A stretch of 64,000 nucleotides of DNA, taken from the NCBI GenBank assembly GCA_964016885.1, contig OZ024764.1, positions 17,670,001 through 17,734,000 of the forward strand. The letters are read 5' to 3'. The stretch is from Eledone cirrhosa. Its lineage: Eukaryota. Below are positions 55,862-64,000 of the stretch, piece after piece. A program made the translations under genes and the position numbers. A model generated the notes under the pieces. That model was not told where the DNA came from and ran no database searches. It saw nothing but the letters and a program-made list of their open reading frames with translations. How positions within the stretch are numbered: the stretch's first letter is position 1; the number at the start of each line of letters is the position of its first letter.

Positions 55862-56170
55862 GTGTATATGTATGTGTATGTGTATATGTATAGATATATA
55901 TATATATATATGTAAGTGTCTGTATGTATGTTTGTATATATGTGTGTGTATATGTATATGTATGTGTATATGTATAGATATATATGTAAGTGTCTGTATG
56001 TATGTTCGTGTGTGTTTTATGTATATATGTGCGTATGTATGTATGTTTGTATATATGTATGTGTGTGTATATATATATATATATATGCATGTATGTATGT
56101 ATAAATGTATACCTGTGTGTGTATGTACATATGCATGTATGTCTATATATATGTGTGTGTGTGTGTGTGT

Positions 56171-56353
56171 ACGAAGGAAGTGTGGTAAGGAACCAGGTGG
56201 ACCATAACCCAACAGAGTACTCAATACTTAGGGTAGTAGAGTGGGTAATAGGAAAAGAGTCAGGACCCCGACGGCTGAGCTCCTGCCTTTTCGAGTTCTG
56301 GTATAGCTGTCGAAACGGCAGGAGCTCAGCTGTCGGGGTCCTGACTATTTTCC
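56171..56353 (-). mobile_element. Family A hairpin element
   Basis: Homology and hairpin. Confidence 0.85.
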
Positions 56354-56912
56354 TTTATATATATATATATATGTGTGTGTGTATATATGTTTGTATTTAT
56401 ATATGAGCCAAAGCGGGATTCACTTGTTAGAAATAGCAGCCAAATATCCCTCAAATCACTGTCTTAAATGATAGCAGGACACTTCGTCTACGCGCGGCCG
56501 TGTGTGTGTGTGTGTCCGTGAGAATGTGTGTGTGTGTGTGTGTCCATGAGAATGTGTGTGTGTGTGTGAGAATGTGTGTGTGTGTGTGTGTGTGTGTTTG
56601 TTTGTGTGTGTTTCTGTGTCTGTGTGTCTGTCTGCGCGCACACACACAGACACACACACAAACAAACACACAGACAAACAGACACAGACACACACACACA
56701 GACACACACACACACACACACACAAACAAACACACACACAGACACACACACACACACACAGACAGACACACACACACAGACACAGACACACACACACACA
56801 GACACACACACAGACACACACACACACAGACACACACACACAGACACACACACACACACACACACAGAGACACACACAGACACACACACCTGTATGCGAT
56901 GTCCCGTTGACA

Positions 56913-57120
56913 AATAATTGTTTCTATTGGAGGCACAAGGCCAGCAATTTACAGGGAGATGTGTAGAAAGTCGATTAAATCGGCCCCAGTGTATTACTGG
57001 TACTTTATTTTATCAAACCCCTCGTAAGGATGAAAGGCAAAGTTAACCTCGGCGGGATTTGAACTCAGAACTTAAAGGGACGTAGCTCTATGCTGCAAAG
57101 TATGGTGTCCGATACTGGCA
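56913..57120 (-). mobile_element. Nin-like SINE
   Basis: Homology to 8353-8546. Confidence 0.8.
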
Positions 57121-57555
57121 AAATAATATGAATAATAATAATAATACTAACAACAACAACAACAACAACAGCAGTAACAACAACAGTAACAACAACAACA
57201 ACAGTAACAACAACAGTAACAACAACAGCAACAACAACAGCAACAGTAACAACAACAGCAACAGTAACAACAACAACAGTAACAACAACAACAACAGTAC
57301 AAGCTTTTCAAAACAAAAACAAAAGATAAACGCCAACATCCACCCCACCACCTCCTCTCCGCCACCCCACAAAACAAACTATGTTGGTATTGACGTGATT
57401 GTCTAAATATCTCTATTGTAGGGTGAGGCTCCAGCTAGGACGTGGCCCCACGAGGAACGCCAGATAGGAGGGTCTTATACATGAAAGTCATTCATCAAAG
57501 ATAGAAAACGTAATCGCGTGATTATAGTAAATTGATATATACACAAACACACATG

Positions 57556-57616
<61 letters not shown>

Positions 57617-57735
57617 CTGTGTGTATATATATAAGAGTGTGTGTGTGTGTCTGTGTTTGTTTGTGTGTCTGTGTCTGTTTGTGTGTGTGCGTGTGTGCGC
57701 GTGTGTGTGCCTGTGTCTGTGTTTGTGTGTGTGTC

Positions 57736-57789
<54 letters not shown>

Positions 57790-57924
57790 TGTGTGTCTGT
57801 GTATAGTCTAAGTACAGGTTTGTGTGGTCCCACGTTCAAATCTTGACCCCATTAGTGCGGGGTGCGCAATAAGAGCTGCCAGACTCCATAACGGATTTAG
57901 TTCTTATAACTTCGATTACCAATA

Positions 57925-58020
<96 letters not shown>

Positions 58021-58146
58021 CTATCTAGGGCGGGTAAAATCCCCGAGATCCATGGATGAGTTCTCTCCACCGGTCTCTGTCCCTCTTATTATCGCTGACA
58101 TCTCCAGCGTCTCCCAGAAATCAGTGTCTGTCCTTAGGGCATCAAA

Positions 58147-58253
<107 letters not shown>

Positions 58254-58405
58254 GATTTTGAGTATATGTTGGTTGTATACCAACACCTCAATATGCAGGT
58301 TGGAGCGCTCGACGAAGTGCGCAGGCTGGTTTGGTTACTCCGGAGTAATGTAAAATAAGATCTACTGTTTGAAGCGCTCAACCCGTGTGGGAGCTATATA
58401 TATAT

Positions 58406-58457
<52 letters not shown>

Positions 58458-58632
58458 TCATTTTATTCAGGATAAATAGAGAGATCCGGCTGTTTTTTCC
58501 GGATAAACAGACGAAGCTCCGGAGTAACAAGACTCACTCTTTAGCCGGAATAAAATGAATATATAATAGATATCTAAACTTTAATTCACACTAATGAATA
58601 CTCCTTTTCTCTCAGCGGTCGACTACATACAG

Positions 58633-58709
<77 letters not shown>

Positions 58710-58710
<1 letters not shown>

Positions 58711-59198
58711 GAAAAGAGTCAGGACCCCGGCCGTTTCGACAGCTAGATCCGAACAGCTCGGATCTAGCTGTCGAAACGGCCGGAGCTCAGCCGTCGGGGT
58801 CCTGACTCATTTCCTTATTACCCACTCTCCTACCCTAAGTATTGAGTACTCTGGTGTCTTATGGTCCACCTGGTTCCTTACCACACTTTGTTATATATAT
58901 ATATATATTTATATATATTGTGAAATCGGGATTTAAAAAAAAGTGCCGGTAAACAGATAATAGTGGTGAATGTATGTGTGTGTATGTGTGTGTATACACA
59001 TACACACACAAACACACACACACATATATATATATATGTGTGTGTGTTACAAAGGAAGTGTGGTCAGGAACCAGGTGGACCATAACGCACCAGAGTACTC
59101 AATACTTAGGGTAGTAGAGTGGGTAATAGGTTCGGAACATTTCGGATCTAGCTGTTGAAACGGCCGGAGCTCAGCCGGCGGGGTCCTGACTCTTTTCC
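58710..59198. mobile_element. Two family A copies tail-to-tail: 58710-58891 (+) and 59049-59198 (-), each with a deletion in one hairpin arm
   Basis: Homology to 42012-42195. Confidence 0.8.
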
Positions 59199-59332
59199 TA
59201 TACATATACATATCTATATCTATCTATCTATCTATATATATATATGTATATAAATATGTGTGTATATATATATATATATGTGTGTGTGCGCGCGCGTCTG
59301 TGTGCGTGTGTGACTGTATATATATATATATA

Positions 59333-59483
59333 GTTTTAATATAGATGAGATTCTACAGGACTAGAACTGTTTCATTCTTTAGGGAATCCTGTAGAATCTC
59401 ATCTATATTAAAACTTTTATACTCTGCAATGTATTGAGTACCTTACTTACTGTGGTTACCTCCGATTCAACCCGGAATAACGT
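59333..59483 (+). mobile_element. Family B element, 5'-truncated with inverted 5' segment
   Basis: gttttaatatagatgagattctacagg mirrored by cctgtagaatctcatctatattaaaac; full 3' tail. Confidence 0.8.
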
Positions 59484-59485
59484 AC

Positions 59486-59525
<40 letters not shown>

Positions 59526-59959
59526 AGTGTGTATAAATATATATATGTATATATGTGTGTGTGTGTGTATATATATATGCAATGCGTGTGTCAAAATAAA
59601 AAAAAGTCTTCATTTACCAAAGCCAGGTAAGGTCCCGTATCTTTCCGCCGTGAGTTCAAATCCTTTAGACGAAGGTTTTTTTTACAAGAATTTCGCAGAA
59701 AAACTCCACTAATTATGGCCGAGAATTGATCAAGGATTAGAATTTGTAAAAATAAAGTTTAAAACAAAAAAAACGGAAGGAAAAGAAATGGGAAAATAAA
59801 GCAAATTTCCCCGGTTTAGATTTTGGTTAAAAATAAATCAAAACACGCACATATATACGCACATATATACACACATATATACACACATATATACATATAT
59901 ATATATACACATATCTATATATATTTATAAATATATATATATATATGTGTATATATATA

Positions 59960-60005
<46 letters not shown>

Positions 60006-60060
60006 CATACGTACACACCCATTGATAAGTATTAGAAATATATATATGTGCGCGTGTGCG

Positions 60061-60114
<54 letters not shown>

Positions 60115-60269
60115 GGAAAAAATGAAGTGTGTGTGTATGTATGTATATATATGGATGTATGTATGTATATATATGTATATATATATATATATATATATGC
60201 TACTTAAATAGATAAGTGTGTATGTATGTTTGTATGTATGAATGAATGTTTACATATATACACACACAC

Positions 60270-60340
<71 letters not shown>

Positions 60341-60416
60341 ATACATATTGATAAAGTTTCCGTAGAGAGAGAGATTTAAAGAAGGCGGGGGTTTGGAGTG
60401 AAAGACTAATAAGAGT

Positions 60417-60471
<55 letters not shown>

Positions 60472-60583
60472 GGGGGAGAAAGAGCGGGAAAGAATGGAGA
60501 GAGAGAGAGAGATTTAGGGAAGGTGCGGGAGGTTAAGATGAGAGAGAGTTAGGGGGTGGTACCAGAGAGAGAGACAGAGAGAG

Positions 60584-60672
<89 letters not shown>

Positions 60673-60831
60673 GAAAGAGAGAGAGAAACAGAGAAACTGC
60701 GAGAGAGAAAGGGAGAAAGAAACAGACAGAGAGAGAGAGAAAGGAAGAGAGTGTATAGGAAGAGGGGGTAAAATGCAATGATTGGTCAGTAACAGTTTGC
60801 GTATATACGTACATATTATATATATACACAC

Positions 60832-60884
<53 letters not shown>

Positions 60885-60887
60885 TAC

Positions 60888-60918
<31 letters not shown>

Positions 60919-61510
60919 TATATATATATATATATACACAGACCGACACATATACACATATATACACTCACATATACGTATATTTACGTATATCTATGTG
61001 TGTATTTTTATAAACAGAATTTCCTCTCAGTATATATAATGGCTAGTTCTTAAAACTAAACAACAGTAGCCATATATACTCAGTAGAGGCAACATCGCAT
61101 CGCAAAAGCCTTCGCGCACTTTACACACACAATTACGTTTCCTCGGCTTCTTAGAAAAACAAACGAAAACATTAACTGTTTTTCTAATTAATATATTTTG
61201 AGAAAGGAAAGAAAGAAAAAAAAATTAATTATTTAATTTACTACAGAAAATTGAAAAATTTTTTTTAACCAAACCAGAACCCAGCCAAAAACGAGCACCT
61301 TGATTCTACAATATATATATATATATATATTTTATATACAACATTTATATATCTATATATATATAGAGAGAGATATAGAAACAATTGTAAAACTTTTTAG
61401 CGGACGAAATTTTTAGAAAAGTTTTTTGTGAAAATTTCTTATAAAGAAAAGAGAAATATATACACACATATAATATATATATATATATACATACATAATA
61501 TATAGTGTAA

Positions 61511-61543
<33 letters not shown>

Positions 61544-61899
61544 ACTGTTTTTACGAACGAGTATTGTTTCTTTTCTGTCTATTCCTGATTCATTGAAAAA
61601 CACTTGTCAACCACTGACTTAAATATATACACACGCATATATATATATACACATATATATATATACATATATATTGATATTGGTTTTAGTATTGGCAATT
61701 GCTGGCTTCGATCGGTGTATATATACATATATATGTATATATATATCAATTAAATTGAAAAACAAGGTCTGAAAATTTCTCAAAAGGTAAGACAGTTTTT
61801 TATATATATATTTTTTTTTATTGATTATTTTCATGTATATTTATATATATATATTTTTATATATATATATATACACATATATATATGTGTATATATATA

Positions 61900-61993
<94 letters not shown>

Positions 61994-62003
61994 TATGTAT
62001 ATT

Positions 62004-62076
<73 letters not shown>

Positions 62077-62084
62077 GTATATTT

Positions 62085-62133
<49 letters not shown>

Positions 62134-62140
62134 GTATATT

Positions 62141-62171
<31 letters not shown>

Positions 62172-62441
62172 GTATATTTATATATATATATATATATATA
62201 TGTATCCATATATATATATATGTATATATATGTATATTCGCTAAAACAATCTCTATACCTCTCATTTATATATATATATATATATATATACATATATATG
62301 TATGTATGTATGTATATATTCACATGTGTATATATAGTGTTGATGTAATTTTTCAATCGATCACCTTACCTGTTCATTCATTCATTCATAAGGTGAAACT
62401 GTTTATTGATTTTTAACTTTCAATCTCGAGACATTTGTAAC

Positions 62442-62572
<131 letters not shown>

Positions 62573-62616
62573 TCATATATATATATTCTTATATATATAT
62601 TCTTATATATATATTC

Positions 62617-62648
<32 letters not shown>

Positions 62649-62725
62649 TTATATATATATATACACATACATATATTTGTATATATCTATATATATTTGT
62701 ATATATATACACATACATATATTTG

Positions 62726-62756
<31 letters not shown>

Positions 62757-62881
62757 ATATATATACACATACATATATTTGTATATATATATATATTTGT
62801 ATATATATATACACATACATATATTTGTATATATATATATATATATATTTGTATATATATACACATACATATATTTGTATA

Positions 62882-62917
<36 letters not shown>

Positions 62918-63150
62918 TTCTACAACTTTTTCTTCGTCCGAAACAAATCAAGTTGTGATTGGTCTCGTGGTTTCGTTGGTCGGGTCTGGCGGCGGTCTGG
63001 AGTTGGTTAATATTTCTGTGGAGGGGTAGCTCTGCCAGGCTCTGATAGGGGGGCTTGGGTATGTGGGAGGAGTTTCAAACAGGCCGACCTTTATGATTAG
63101 TTAATATGGCATTGTGTACCCTCGGGTATTTACATATATATATGTATATT

Positions 63151-63181
<31 letters not shown>

Positions 63182-63196
63182 ATATATATGTGCACC

Positions 63197-63240
<44 letters not shown>

Positions 63241-63528
63241 CTATATATCTATTGACAAGTGCTTGGACCCCCCCCCCCCCTCCCTCCCTCCCCACATGCC
63301 CTACCACTCACCGGTGTCTGCCACACCACCCACACCACCAACTTGTTATCTATTGTCTATTAAAATAACGATTGTTACGATCTGAAACTACTACTACACC
63401 ACCACCCACCACCACACCACCACCACCACCCCCACAAAGACACCCGCCACTTCGAACTCCCTAATACCCCTTAAGCATCACCCCTCCCCCCTCACACTCT
63501 TTCTACCCTTCTTAATACAAACTTACAC

Positions 63529-63567
<39 letters not shown>

Positions 63568-63800
63568 TGTCTGTCTGTCTGTCTCTCTCTATCTCTCCCT
63601 CACCCTCTCCTTCCCTCTTTGATTCGTCCGGCACTTGTCATATTCGTCCGTCTGTCTTTGTCTGCCTGTCTCTCTATCACACACACCCTCTCTCCCTCTC
63701 TCTATCTCTCCCTCTCTCTCTATCTCTATCTCTCTCTCTTTCTCTCTATCGAGCTTTTCTTGTCAGATTTTCGAACACTTCTAAGTTTCCGTCCTTAAAT

Positions 63801-63942
63801 TAGGGACCCAGGTTCTGTTTCAAAACCCTTCCGAGGTCCTCAACACGGCAATGCCTTATAATGATAGGGACCTCGAAGTTTAACCCCTTCTGCGGTCCTC
63901 AACACAGCACAATGTCTGTTTAGTGATAGGGACCTCGAAGTT
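63801..63942. repeat. ~63-bp tandem repeat, ~2.3 copies
   Basis: tagggacc at 63801, 63865 and 63927. Confidence 0.7.
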
Positions 63943-64000
63943 TCAGAGTGGATCGATTTACACACACATATATATATATATATATATACATACACATATA

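Overview
AT-rich animal genomic DNA dominated by (TA)n/(CA)n/(TG)n microsatellites. The SINE tails resemble those of octopus/cephalopods (inference). Almost all supplied ORFs are microsatellite read-throughs. Supported content: (1) four phase-compatible coding exons of an unidentified + strand gene (3562-15932); (2) a 200-N scaffold gap followed by an 11-kb 41/30-bp satellite and a 4.6-kb 71-bp satellite; (3) CR1 and RTE LINE fragments, tRNA-derived SINEs and a non-autonomous Helitron; (4) a dense set of short, non-coding, (TA)n-inserted, fold-back elements, many carrying minimal type-I hammerhead ribozyme (HHR) motifs of the kind known from Penelope-like elements. Main hunt results: about six sequence families have a complete or near-complete HHR fold and several more have half or degenerate folds. 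A 10-copy family has its hairpin centred on the hammerhead stem II, with the catalytic 5' half replaced by an inverted copy of the 3' half. The 71-bp satellite monomer is homologous to the cleavage-site region of one HHR element. All folds were read by eye and none is experimentally or computationally verified.
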